A DNA stretch of 63,849 bases, the filler included, from Chiloscyllium plagiosum (Eukaryota), in assembly GCF_004010195.1 (NCBI RefSeq). It is 6 parts of one record of this genome, joined end to end, with 100 filler letters (N's around TTAATTAATTAA, not from the genome) between each part and the next. Parts side by side here need not be neighbours in the genome. Positions count along the whole stretch, not along the records: positions 20,222 to 34,837 come from NC_057713.1; positions 34,938 to 47,978 come from NC_057713.1; 4 more parts are not named here. One strand, 5' to 3'. This document shows, one piece after another, positions 25,060 through 37,850 of the stretch. The notes beneath the pieces were generated by a model, which worked only from the letters and a program-made list of their open reading frames with translations, had not been told where the DNA came from and did not search any database. A program made the translations under genes and the position numbers. Within the stretch, counting starts at the first letter, position 1; each line of letters starts with the position of its first letter.

Positions 25060-26175
25060 GACGAGGAGAATGTCTACAGATGCTATTTATATGGACTCCA
25101 AGAAGGTATTTGTAAAACTCCCATATAACAGACTATTAACTAAAGTAGAAGCCCATGGAATTGAGGGCAAATTACTGACACAACTGGGAACATAGTTGAG
25201 TGGCAGGCGACGGAATAACCAGTTAGATACTCAAATTGGCAGGATGTCACCAATGGTGACCCACAAGGATCTGTGTAAAGGCCTCAATTATTCACATTAT
25301 TTATTAACAACTTGGATAATGACATGGAAAGTCATATATCCAAATTTTTTGATGACGCAAAGTTGGGTGGTATTATAGACAGTGTCGTTGATGGCATAAA
25401 ATTACATAGGGATATTGATAGATTAAGCAAATGAGTAAAATTGTGACAGATAGAATTCAATGTAAGCAAGTGTGAGATTAGCTATTTTGGACAGAAAGGG
25501 GATAGATCAGGGCACTTTTTAGAAGGTATGAAGTTAAATACAGTGGACGTTCTAAAGAAACTTGGGATTACAGGTGCATAGATCTTAAAAGTGCCATGAC
25601 CCATGTGCTGAAAATAATCAAGACAACTCATGGAATGCTAGCCTTTATATCTAGATGCAGAAGTTATGTTGCAGCTATACAAAACCTGGTTAGACCTCAC
25701 TTGGCTTAGTAGAGCAGATCTTAGGAAGGACACATTGACCTTGCAGCAAGTGCAATGTACAGGAATTATATCTGTTCTCAGAGGTTGTTATGAGGAGAGA
25801 TTATACAAATTAGGCCCGCTTTCTCTAGAACTTTGAAGCTTAAATGGTGATCTGTTCGAAGTCTACAAGATACTAACAGTAAAAACATGGCATGGTTGGG
25901 CATGGTCTGCGTATTAGGGCCAGACCATTCAGGAGAGGTGATAGGAAGCACTTTTAAACACAAAGTGTGGTAGATGTTTGGAATTCTCTTCCACAAATGG
26001 CAGTGGATGTGGGATCAGGGTTGTTAATTTTAAGTATGAGAGGGGTAAATTTTTGGTAAGAAAGATATCAATGGAAATAGGCCAAAGACAGGTATATGGA
26101 GTGAGGCCAGATCAGGCATGATCTCATGGAATGGTGAACGAGTTGGACGGGCTGAATGACCTACTCCCGTTCCTC
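25060..26175 (+). mobile_element. CR1 RT-to-3' fragment, old
   Basis: Remnants of Y.D..KAF.K.P, PQGS...P.LF, KF.DD.KLGG and YKT.VRPHL; tail GGGCTGAATGACCTACTCC. Confidence 0.75.
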
Positions 26176-26184
26176 TGAGTCATC

Positions 26185-27068
26185 TAGCAAGGCCAATCTT
26201 GGAGTCAGGGCAGACCAAACCCCCTCCAAATATATTAAGTAGATAGGAGAAAGTGAGGACTGCAGATGCTGGTGATCAGAGCTTAAAAATGTGTTGCTGG
26301 AAAAGCGCAGCAGGTCAGGCAGCATCAAAGGAACAGAAGAATCGACGTTTCAGGCATAAGCCCTTCTTCAAGAAGCCCTGATTCCTGAAGAAGGGCTTAT
26401 GTCCTAAACGTCGATTCTCCTGTTCCTTTGATGCTGCCTGACCTGCTGCGCTTTTCCAGCAACACATTTTAAAAATATTAAATAGATAGTCTAGACCCCA
26501 GCTTTGTCTTATTTAAAGGTAAGTGTAAGGTGCTGCATTTCAGATGCAATTCAATTGGTCGAACTGCTCGACTTGAAATGAAACATACTTTCCTTTTATA
26601 CTACAGTTAAAATACAGACAAAATAAAAAGAAAAGAAAAGAATTGGCTTAAATAACTGGGTATTGAAATGCTTAATAAAATAATGTATATTAACTACTAC
26701 TAATTAACTGATCCAATAGAGTAACATCCCATAAACACACCCTTGGCAAAGGCAAATTCAGTAAAGTAAATTGTCCCACAAGCAATTCTAGCAGCAGGAA
26801 GAGAACCCCAGCTTTTAGCTGTAACAGAGACAGGAATAAGAGCTTCCACATCCAGCTTGAAGAAACCAGCAACTATGGAAAGCTAAAAACCCTGGTTCTA
26901 TGAGAGCTTGACCCCACCCATTCAGGGTACTTCTATTGTTCCAACTTTTTTAAAAATACCAATTCCTCACAAACTGTTTATTATATTGGCTATGAGCAGA
27001 CTGCTCTTCATCTCTGTCTCAATCTTTCTTCATTAAAAGAAAGGAAAAAATACATCTATTAATGTCAC
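26185..27068. mobile_element. Possible solo-LTR-like element hosting a pLTR insertion
   Basis: Non-coding, repeat-like block ending ...TGTCACA. Identity is inferred from general appearance only. Confidence 0.3.
26247..26474. mobile_element. Fold-back PLE pLTR mini-insertion with 15-bp TSD (1 mismatch)
   Basis: Arms ~26285-26374 and ~26382-26470 are reverse complements; ATATTAAGTAGATAG at 26232-26246 and ATATTAAATAGATAG at 26475-26489. Confidence 0.85.
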
Positions 27069-30000
27069 AGGAGCAACACATTATAAATTGCATCTGAGTG
27101 TTGCGGCAAAATTCTTGTTGGCTGCAGCAAGTTGCCTCTCACCGCGTTAATATGCAGCTTCCAAGCCTGCCATCCCCTGCACGGAGAATTCCCAATGTAG
27201 AAGTCACAGCAAGTTCAGTTGGCTGCTGGCTGTGAGAAGCCTCCATGTTGCTCACCAGACAAAGCACCTTAGGGCATGATACATAGCCTCACATGTCCTT
27301 TGTGTACAGGCATTGGCATCCAATATACATCAACCCCACAGAGTCCTCATGGCATCTCTTCAATCCAGTTGCATAGTGACCAGGAAGCAGAGGCCTGCTC
27401 AGAGCTTCCCTGCTTTCCTGTGCGGTCTCACCACCACGCAGCTTGTCTTTCTGGTCAGCCGTTCCCAGTCAAGGTGGCGGACAGCTTGCTGCACAGCACC
27501 GTGCTAAATCAATCTCACACTGGCATCATGTGCCTGCAGCGTACCTGGCGACCACACTGCATGGGCAGCAAGTGGGCAGCATCTCTCAGAATCTTAGGGG
27601 AGCAGGCTGTGGACATGTCCTTCAGACAGTCAGGGGGCCCTGGCATAGTGTGTCAAGGATACCTCAGCTGGTGTTCTCAGTCAGGGCATCCATGTCCCTG
27701 CAGTTCAGAGAGTGGCTCACAGTCAGTCTGGGGGATGGGGTGAATGCATTCAGAGACATGTACAGAACTCTGGACACTTCTTGTCCTGGGTTGCCCTGTT
27801 AGATCTCTCAAGGGACTGGGCCATTGTCAGTCCATCAGACAGCAAATAAGGGCAAAGGAGGTTGGACAAGTAGTGGGGGAGGGTGGTGGTGGTGGGGGGC
27901 AATATTTTGGGAAGAAGACTCAGGGTACAGGGAGCATGCTTGGCGATGGGGCCCATTAGCCTTGGAGGTTTGGTTTGGCGACACCAGAGTCATTTGTTTG
28001 ATATATTGAGGGTCTTCTTGATAGAGACCAGGGGACCCTTCTTAGTTTGAACTTCCAAGGTTGGGAGGTGGGCAGGCAGGGTGGTGGAAAGGCCACCCCT
28101 CGAATGCCCAGGAGGAGACTTCTGAGGGCCCAGTGTGAGGTTCTGAACATGTGCAGAGTCAATCTTCCAAGATTTAGACTAGCTTCAGCTGAAATGAGTG
28201 AATTACGCTACACGTTTCCGATCTCAATCTGTACATCATCATTCCGCTCATTGCATTTGGGTTCTGGGCTTCATTTCTTCTCGGACTTAACAGGAGCAGC
28301 TCGGGTGAAGTAGGTAGTTTATTTCTCCATTTCTTGGCACTGTACCTGCTAACAGTCCATTCACCCTCTTTGCTCTTTGAACACTTTCTTCCACTGTTTC
28401 ACAAGTGGATAATATGTCACCTCCAAGGCTCATTCCAAAAACACATTCCCTACTTGCTGCTTCCTCCACAGCAGCCATCTCCTTTCACATTGCAGTTATT
28501 GAAGAACAAAGAACTGCTCTCAAGTCTTCACATCCTGATATTTGCTTTCTAATGACCTACCAAACTACATCTTCCTCTTCTCGATCTCTTGGCATAGCCA
28601 TTTCTCTCAGAATCCCATAGATGTGCACCAGCCAACCTCTAACCCATACCATTGCTGTTTGGAGGCATAAGGTAGAAGATGAGTCAGACCAGGGGAAGAA
28701 CCCCAGGCATTTCTGGCCATCTCCCAGATGTACCAGGAAACACAGGAAGTCAAAGGCCCCATCAACAGGAATCACCACTTGAAACTGCCCTCAGTCTTGC
28801 CCATCCAGTGAGAAAGGAATATTACACAATATGGGATAGAACCTCCCTAAGGCTCATGTCTGCCTCCAATCAGTGAGTGAACAGTCAGCATTAGCGAAAA
28901 CATGGGAGCATGTCACTGAGGTGGAGTGCTGAGGGTCACAGAGAACCCTGGAGGAAAAGAAGGAAAACAGTAGCTTTTCTTGATATTTTAATCTGACAAA
29001 TATGATTTATTGCTGGCCCATTCAATATAGCTGCCATGTGCCACTGTTTTACTGTGAATTTAGTTCAGACAAAGTACATGAATTTAAAATTCTGCATGGG
29101 TTCCTCTGCTGGTCAATCAGAATCTCAGTTTTTCTCCACTTACAATCAGAGCAGCACAGGACCCAACATTAATGCAGCCTAACTCGGCAAAATTTACTAC
29201 AAAATTTATAAAGCGCATTTGGCTTCACGGTAGGAAATTAGCAAGAATGCTATTATTTATAATCTGGAGGTCTCATCATTTCACATGCCAAATTGGGATC
29301 CCTTTTAGCCATTAAAATACAAAAAAGGATATTTCCTCAGCTTAGAAAGCCAAAGTCTTCAGCATCTGCTAATGAGTAGCAATTAAATGGGAAGAAATGA
29401 TCCAAAACCTTATCCAGCAAATTAGAGAGCAGTTAGTCTTCCCTCCTAATGAGCATGTTCAGCTGCTGTGGGAGAACTGAACGTGTGAGCATCACATATC
29501 ATCCATTCACATGTGCGAGTTTAATTTTTGACAGGCAATGGTGAGAGAGAAGGGAGAAAACCCCAGTGGCAGCCCAACACTGAAATATTAACCTTTCTCA
29601 AGAACACAACATGGAACAATTTTTCAAGCACTTTGAGCTATATGATTTATTCAGGTCTATTTGGCATGGATTTCTGAGAGGCAGATCATTTAAGTGCATA
29701 AGATATAGGAGCAGGAGTCTGCCTTGCCACTGAATGATACCCTGACTGATTTAACATTCCTCACTGCCCTTGGTCTGTTTCTCTTTTCCCCATTGGAAAG
29801 GGTACAAAAAGCAAGGATGTTACCGAGACCGGAGGGATTGACTTATGAGAGGCTGGATAGGCTGGGACTTTTCCCCTGGAGTGTAGGAAGTTGGGGGGTG
29901 ACCTTATAGAGGTTGTATAATATCATGAGAGGCGTAGATAAGATGAATTGGAGATTTGGGAGACAGCAAAGATTTGCTGAGTGCAAGGGTCTTTACTTGG

Positions 30001-30097
30001 GGTCTCTCTTATGTTGATATCATCTTGATCTTGAATTTAAAGAAACAATACAATTGTGCTCATGCCATCTGTCTAAGCTCTTTGCTACAAGAAGAAT

Positions 30098-31900
30098 AAA
30101 GAACAGGACATCACAGGAATAGGCCCTTCAGCTCGCCAAGGCTGCCCTGATACATGATGCCTTTCCAAACTGAAATCCTTTTTGTCCCACACAACCCATA
30201 TCCTTCTATTCCCTGCCTATAGGTACGTCTGTCAAAATGACTCTTAAATGTTTCCAATGTACCTGCTTCTATCATCTCTTGTCAGTGCATTCCAGATACT
30301 TAAAAAAAAACCTCTGTGTAAAAAAACCTGCCTCTTATATCTGCTTTAAACTTACCCCCTTTTACCTTAAACCTATGTCCCCTAGTAATTGACAATGCTA
30401 CCCTGGGAAAAAGACTCCATCTGTCCATTCTATCCACGCCAGTCATCATTTTGTAAACTTCTATCAGGTCTCTCATTGTCCTTCGATGTTTAAGTGAAAA
30501 CAAACCAACTTCATCCAATCTCTCTTCATATCTAATACCCTCCAGACCTGGCAACATCCTAGTAAACCATTTCTGTACCCTCTCCAAAGCCTTCACATCC
30601 ATCTGGTAGTGTGACAACCAGCACGGTATACAATATGCCAAATATGGCCTGACTGAAGTTCTATATAGCTGTAACATGACTTGCCAATTTTTATACTCTA
30701 TTCGCCAACTGACGAAGGCAAGTATACCTTGATCTGCATGCCAAGATCCCTCTGTATGTTAATGCTTCTAAGGTTCTGCCATTTACTGTATACTTCCCTC
30801 CTGCATTAGATTTTCTGAAATACATGGAGCCCTTCCTGAAGAAGGGCTTTTGCCTGAAACATCGATTCTCCTGTTCCTTGGATGCTGCCTGACCTGCTGC
30901 GCTTTTCCAGCAACACATTTTCAGCCCTTTCTGAAATACACCACCTTGCATTTGTCCAGGTTAAATTCCATCTGCCATTTCTCCACCCAAATCTCCTATC
31001 TATATCCTGCTGTATTCTCTGGCAATCCTCCTCACTATCCGCAGCTCCTCCAATCTTTGTATCGTAATATACTTATTACAAACAACAGGGGTCCCAGCAG
31101 TGATCCCTGCAGAACACCACTGGTTACAGATCTCCAATCAGAAAAGCAACCTTACACTGCTACTCTGTTTTCTATGAATGAGCCAGTTCTGTATCCATCT
31201 TACCATCTCTCTGTGGATCTTATGTGACTTCACCTTCTGTATCAGGATGCCATGAGGGACCTTATCAAACACCTAGCTAAAAACCAGACAACATCAACTT
31301 CCCTGCCGTCATCAATCATCTTTGTTAATTCCTTAAAAAGTCAGTCAGGTTTGTGAGACACAACCTCCCCCACACGAAGCCATGCTGTCCATCTCTAATA
31401 AGTCCACATTTTTCCAAATGCAAGTAAATCCTATGCCTAAAAATCTTCTCCAATAATTTCTCTACCACTGACATAAGGCCTGTAATTTCCCGGATTACCT
31501 CTGCTGTCCTTCTTAAACAAAGGAACAACATTGGTTATTCTCCAGTCCTCTGGAACCTCTCCTGTGACTAAAGGAGTTTCAAAGATTTCATACAAGGTCC
31601 CAGAAATTTCCTACTTTGCTTCCCTCAGCATGCTGGGGTCTTGTCTATGTTAATGCTTTACAAAACATCCAACACCACCTCCTTTTTATATCAACATGTC
31701 CTAGAACATCGATATACTCATCTCACCATCCACCATGTCCTTTTCCTTTGTGAATACCAATAGGACCTCACCACATTCTCTGGCACCACACATAAATTCC
31801 CTCCCTTGTCTTTGAGTTACGTACCCTTTCCCTAGGTACCCTCTTGCTCTTTATATATGTATAAAATGCCTTGGGATTTCCCTTAAACCTGTTTGCCCGT
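30098..31900 (-). mobile_element. CR1 ORF2 RT to 3' end, frameshifted
   Basis: ORF 30300-30677 (LQLYRTSVRPYLAYC...LERVQKWFTRMLPGL) and ORF 31325-31531 (HLEKCGLIRDGQHGFVWGRLCLTNL). Confidence 0.85.
30825..30927 (+). mobile_element. Single-arm PLE pLTR mini-insertion inside CR1 with 13-bp TSD
   Basis: TTTCTGAAATACA at 30812-30824 and 30928-30940 flanks CCTGAAGAAGGGCTTTTGCCTGAAACATCG...CAACACATTTTCAG. Confidence 0.85.
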
Positions 31901-32295
31901 GCTTTCTTTCTTTGAATATGTATTACAAATGCATTGATGCTGACTACAGATGAACAGTTATGAATCACCAGCAGGTAGCTCTGCTAATTAAAACTCTAAC
32001 CCACTTATAAGCATTCCCCACTACACGCACATACAGATAGACACAAAAAGGAATGGATGATATGGGTGGAGGGAAGGATAGGAGAGCAGTTCAGTGGTCC
32101 CCATTCACATTGTTTGCTGATCTTCTTTGCTGATCTGTGCTCCAGCTAGTGGTGCATTGAGGGCTCTGCTGTTATATTCTGTGCCTTGACAAAGCATCCC
32201 ACGTGATTTCTTAATCACCTTATTAATCTGTCCAACTACCTTTGGGGATTTGTGAACATGCACTTCCAGTTCCCTCTGTTCCTCCAAAGTGCCCC

Positions 32296-32825
32296 TACTT
32301 GGCTGTAAGTTTGCTTGCTGAGCTGGGAGGTTCATTTCCAGGCATTTCGTTACCCGCTAGGTAACATCTTCAGTGGGCCTCAGACGAAGCATTGCTGAAA
32401 ATTCCTGCTTTCTATTTATGTGTTTGTTGATAAAGTTCTGGTTGGAATGCCATGTTTCTCAGAATTCTCGTGCGTGTGTTTGTTTGGCTTGTCCTAGGAC
32501 ATACAGAAGACAGAGACATGCACACGAGAAGCATGGCATTCCACCCGGAACTCTATCAACAAACACATCGAGTTAGACCCCATCTACCAGGAACAGGAAG
32601 GGACTTCACCACAGGGAATAATATCACCACAGGAAATGGCATCACCAAACCAAAGAAACTCAAACATATAAATAGAAAGCAGGAATTTTCAGCAATGCTT
32701 CGCCTGAGGCTCACTGAAGATGTTACCTAGCAGGTAACGAAACGTCTGGAAATGAACCTTCCAGCTCAGAGCGCAAACCTATATTCAAAACCCCAATCTG
32801 AGCTACAAATCTTCTCAAAACTCAT
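32296..32825. mobile_element. Fold-back 3' fragment of a Penelope/Poseidon-type PLE
   Basis: Palindromic centre TGTCCTAGGACA (32490-32501). The right arm encodes AWHSTRNSINKHIELDPIYQ and the left arm (minus) LGQAKQTHAREF..WHSNQN; pLTR with HHR on both arms. Confidence 0.8.
32711..32750 (+). ncRNA. Minimal hammerhead ribozyme motif, intact core
   Basis: CUGAAGA-U-GUUACC-UAGCA-GGUAAC-GAAA-CGUC (32714-32746) with a perfect 6-bp stem II; mutated mirror copy at ~32340-32373. Confidence 0.7.
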
Positions 32826-33039
32826 TAAGTGCTCCTACTTATTGGGAATTCATTCGCTTAATGTGTGTGCCTTCCAAAATGCATAACTTGACATTTCGGT
32901 GGAAGCATTATCATCAGAATCCTGTCTTTTCACCAGTAAGTTTCAAACTGAGCTGCTGCCAATTTCCAGAATTTATTGTTTGCATTTAGATTCCTTGCAT
33001 TTGCATTTTAAAAAAATATATCTCTATCTTAAGTTAATA

Positions 33040-33615
33040 CAGATGTACAGCATGGAAACAGACCCTTTGGTTCAACTCGTCCATGCTGATCAGAAATCCT
33101 AATCTAATCTAGTCTCATTTGCCAGCATTTGGCCCATATCCCACTAAACCTTTCCTATTCATATACACACCCAGATGTCTTTTAAATGTTGTAATTGTAC
33201 TATCCTCCACCACTTCCTCTGGCAGCTTATTCCAAACATGCACCGCCCTCTCTGTTAAAACGTTGCCCTTCGGTCCCTTCTAAATTTTTTCCCACTCATC
33301 TTGAACCAATGCCTGGACTCTCCCAATGCAGGAGAAAGACCTTGGATATTCACCTATCCATGCTCCTCATGATTTTATAAACCTCTATAAGGTCACCTCT
33401 CAGCCTCTGATGCTTCAGGGAAAACAGCCCCAGCCTATAGCTCAAATCCTCCAACCCTGGCAACATCCTTGTAAATCTTTTCTGAACCCTTTCACATTTC
33501 ACAACATTGTTCCTGTAGTGGAGAGACCAGAATTGCACACAGTATTCCAAAAATGGCCTAACCAATGTCCTATACTCAATGCTCTGACCAATAAAGGAAA
33601 GCATACCAAATGCCT
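33040..33615 (-). mobile_element. CR1 (HER1-like) 3' fragment
   Basis: ORF 33350-33604 reads RTLVRPFLEYCVQFWS...ERVQKRFTRMLPGL...RGDLIEVYKIM. Confidence 0.85.
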
Positions 33616-34654
33616 AATGTTGTCCCTTTGAACTAATTAAGATGCTGAAATCAAACCAAGCGAACCCTTAATACCCACTCTCATGTTCAACAACAATTCA
33701 ACACCAGGTCACACTAGGATAATCTTATCTCTATACTGGAGCTTTCTGGATAAGTATTAACATGGCAAGAATTTCTTTCACAAGTAAATGTTGGCTAGGC
33801 CAATGGTGGTCCTTAAATGCCGATGAATAATATTGTAATTGAAAATAAGCAAATGGCACAGACTGTGTGTCAGTCTGCACATGAAGGAACAAAATATTAT
33901 GGCTGACCTTCAGAGCAAGTATTAATATATTGAGCACTTTAAGTCACTTAAGTGAATGTAAGCAGAGAAACAGTTACACTTACATTCACTTTAGCATTAT
34001 ATTTAGAAAAAAATAATGCTACAGAGGTCTAACAAATACCCAGCAACTGATAGCTTCTATCCCATGAGACTTTTAAGAAATTAATGAGGAAATTTCAGAC
34101 ACTTTAACCAGAAACTTGCAAAGCTCCCTTGTTTCAGGAATTGTGTCCTTAGATTGGAAAATTTTAAATTGTGTTAATGGGGCAAAGAACAATATACGAA
34201 GAGCGAGATCATATCATCAGTGAATTTAGGTCTGAAAGTTGAGTGAAGAAGGTTCTAATGAAGTTCTACTTAACGATGCTTCTAGGCATAGTATAAATAA
34301 TGAATATATTTTCACCATATTACATTGAGGTGGTGGTTGGTCCTCATCTGTTTGAAAGCTCCAAAAGCAGTCAAATCAGTTCCAATTGCTCGACTTGCTG
34401 GCTGAGAAATCTGCCAAAGGTGTTTTTACTACAATCTGCCTCAGAAGTGGTTGTGTGCCATTGATAATTAAGTACAGCTGAGAGAGGCGGGGTTTGAAAA
34501 GCTCACAGGCAGAGTTTACTTGATGCAGCAGAGCAAGATGAGAATTCAGAGGAGAAAAGCAGTTGCAATTCTAGCTTAGTGAAGCCAGCTGTCAGTGAAA
34601 TGTTGAGGTGATGTCTGTGAGGTGAGTACTGGAGTGCAGTTTCAGAATCCATTG

Positions 34655-36310
34655 GAACATAGAACATAGAAGAATACAGCGCAGTACAGGCCCTTCGGCC
34701 CTCGATGTTGCGCCGATCCAAGCCCACCTAACCTACACTAGCCCACTATCCTCCATATGCCTATCCAATGCCCGCTTAAATGCCCATAATGAGGGAGAGT
34801 CCACCACTGCCACTGGCAGAGCATTCCATGAACTCACNNNNNNNNNNNNNNNNNNNNNNNNNNNNNNNNNNNNNNNNNNNNTTAATTAATTAANNNNNNN
34901 NNNNNNNNNNNNNNNNNNNNNNNNNNNNNNNNNNNNNCCTACCATGGGGAACCTTATCAAGTGCCTTACTAAAATCCATGTACACTACATCCACTGCTCT
35001 TCCCTCATCCACATGTTTGGTCACCTCCTCGAAGAATTCAATAAGACTTGTAAGGTAAGACCTACCCTTCACAAATCCGTGCTGGCTGTCCCTAATCAAG
35101 CAGTGTCTTTCCAGATACTCATAAATCCTATCCCTCAGTACCCTTTCCATTACTTTGCCTACCACAGAAGTAAGACTAACAGGCCTGTAATTCCCGGGGT
35201 TATCCCTATTCCCTTTTTTGAACAGGGGCACAACATTCGCTACTCTCCAGTCCCCTGGTACCACCCCCCGTTGCCAGTGAAGACGAGAAGATCATTGCCA
35301 ACGGTACTGCACTTTCCTCTCTTGCTTCCCACATAATCCTAGGATATATCCCGTCAGGCCCGGGGGACTTGTCTATCCTCAAGTTGTTCAAAATGTCCAA
35401 CACATCTTCCTTCCTAACAGGTATCTCTTCTAGCTTACCAGTCCATTTCACACTCTCCTCTTCTACAATACGGTCCCTCTCGTTCGTAAATACTGAAGAG
35501 AAGTACTTGTTCAAGACCTCTCCTATCTCTTCCGACTCAATACACAGTCTCCCACTACTGTCCTTGTTCGGACCTACCCTCGTTCTCGTCATTCTCAGGT
35601 TTCTCACATATGCATAAAATGCCTTGGGGTTATCCTTGATCCTATCCGCCAATGATTTTTCATGCCCTCTCTTAGCTCTCCTATTCCCTTTCTTCAGGTC
35701 CCTTCTGGCTATCCTGTATCCCTCCACTGCTCTGTCTGAATCCTGTTTCCTCAACCTTATGTAAGCCTCCTTTTTCCTCTTTACCAGACATTCAACCTCT
35801 CTCGTCAACCAAGGCTCCCTCACACGACCATTTCTTTCCTGCCTGGTAGGTACATACATATCATGGACACGTCGTATCTGCTCTTTGAAAAAGTTCCACA
35901 TTTCCACCACATCCTTCCCTGACATCATATGCTCCCAACGTATGCTCCTCTAATCCTGCCTTACAGCATCGTAATTTCCCTTCCCCAATTATAAAATCTA
36001 CCTTGTTGTGCGCACCTATCTCTCTCCATAACCCAGGTGAAAGTCACAGAATTGTGGTCACCCATCACCAAAATGTTCACCCACTAACAAGCCCACCACT
36101 TGTCCCGGTTCATTACCGAGTACCAAATCCAATATGGCCTCCCCTCTGGTTGGACAATCTACATACTGCGTTAGAAAAGCTTCCTGGACACACTGCACAA
36201 ACACCGCCCCATCCAATCTACTTGATCTAAAGAGCTTCCAATCAATATTTGGGAAGTTGAAGTCGCCCATGACTACGACCCTGTGGCTTCTGCACCTTTC
36301 CAAAATCTGT
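34655..36310 (-). mobile_element. Young CR1 LINE: endonuclease C-terminus, RT N-terminus and 3' end (split by a linker gap)
   Basis: ORF 36058-36399 (VVMGDFNFPNIDW...PTRGEAILDLV), ORF 35206-35928 (KSPGPDGI), ORF 34890-35264 (NYRPVSLTSVVGK...YMDFSKALDKVPH); tail at 34655. Confidence 0.92.
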
Positions 36311-37850
36311 TTCCAGGAGTTTGACCCAATGACACTGAAGGAACTGTGATATACCCCCAAGTGGCTTGGAGGGCAACCTGTAGGTGATGGTGTTCCCATG
36401 TTCCTATTTCCCCTACCCTTTGGAGGGTGCTGTCTCAGAGCCTTGGTGAATTTCTGCAGTGCATTTTATAGATAGTATACACTGCTGCTGCTGAGCATCA
36501 GTGGTGGAGGGAGGGAATGTTTATAGATATAATGTCAATCAAGTGGGCTGTTAATCTACATAGTGTCAATCTTCTTGAGTTTTGTTGGAACTGCAACCAT
36601 CCAGGTAAATGGGGAGTATTCCATCACACTTCTGACTCGCACTTTGTCGATGGTGGACAAGCTTTGGAGGTGAGTTACTTGCTGCAGTACTCCTTGGCTC
36701 TGACCTGCTCTTGTAGCCACAATATTTATGCGGTTAGTCAAATACAGTTTCTAGTAATGGTAACTTCAGGCTGTGGATAGTGAGGGATTCAGTGATGGTG
36801 ATAATATTAAATATCAATGATCTCTTCTTGGGGACAGTCATTGCCTACCATTTGTGTGATACAAATGTTATTTGCCACTTGTCAGCCTAAGCCTGGATAC
36901 TGTCCAGATCTTCTTGCATTTGCACACAGACTGCTCAGTATCTCACAAATGGTACTGAACATTGTGCAAACACCAATGACACCCCCACTTCTGACCTTAT
37001 GGTGAGGGAAGGTCATTGATGAAACAGCTGAAGATGGTTCTACCCTGATGAATTCCTACAGAGGTGCCCTGGAGCTGAGATGACTGACATCCAACAATCA
37101 CAACCATCTTGCTGTGTGCCAGATATGAGTCCAACCAGTGGAGAGTTTGTCCTTGATGCTTATTTACACTTGTTTTGCCAGGGCTCCTTGATACCTACAC
37201 TTGGTCAATGCAGCCTTGATGTTAAGGTCTATTGCTCTCACCTGCCCTCTGGAATTCAGCTCTTTTGTCCATGTTTGAATGGAGGCTGTAATGAGGTCAG
37301 GAGCTGAGTAGCCCTGGTAGAAACCAAACTGGGCATCACTGAGCAGTTTATTGGTGAGCAGGTACTGCTTGATAGCACTCTGATGACACCTTCCACCACT
37401 TTACTGATGATTGAGGAAAGACTAATGGGGTGGTAATTGGCCTGGTCAGATTTGTATCAGACATCCCTGGCCAATTAACCACATTGTTAGATTGATGCCA
37501 GTGTTGTAACTGTACTGGAAGAACTTGGCTAGGAGCACAAGCCTTCAATACTGTTGCTGGAATGTTGGCAGGGCCTATCGCTTTTGCAATATCCAATGCC
37601 TTCAACCATTTCTTGATATTACATGAGGGGAACCAAATTGGCTGAAGACTAGCAAATGTGATACTGGAGACTTCTAGAGCAGATCAAGGTGGATCATCCA
37701 CTCAGCAGTTCTGCCTGAAGATCACTGCAAATGTTTCAGCCTTATCTTTTGCACTGATGTACGGGCTCCCCCATCACTGAAGATGGGGATACTTGTTTAA
37801 TTGTCCACCACCATTTGTGACTGGACGTGGCAGGTCTGCAGAACCAAGAT
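36311..37850 (-). mobile_element. LINE family B, RT to 3' region, decayed
   Basis: ORF 36556-36741 (LSTIDKVRVRSVMEYSPFTWM) and ORF 37348-37605 (ALDIAKAIGPANIPATVLKACAP). Confidence 0.75.

Noticed and set aside
33950..33991. 13-bp inverted repeat AAGTGAATGTAAG/CTTACATTCACTT resembling part of miR-1/206
   Set aside because: The stem is too short and the sequence does not match the mature miRNA.
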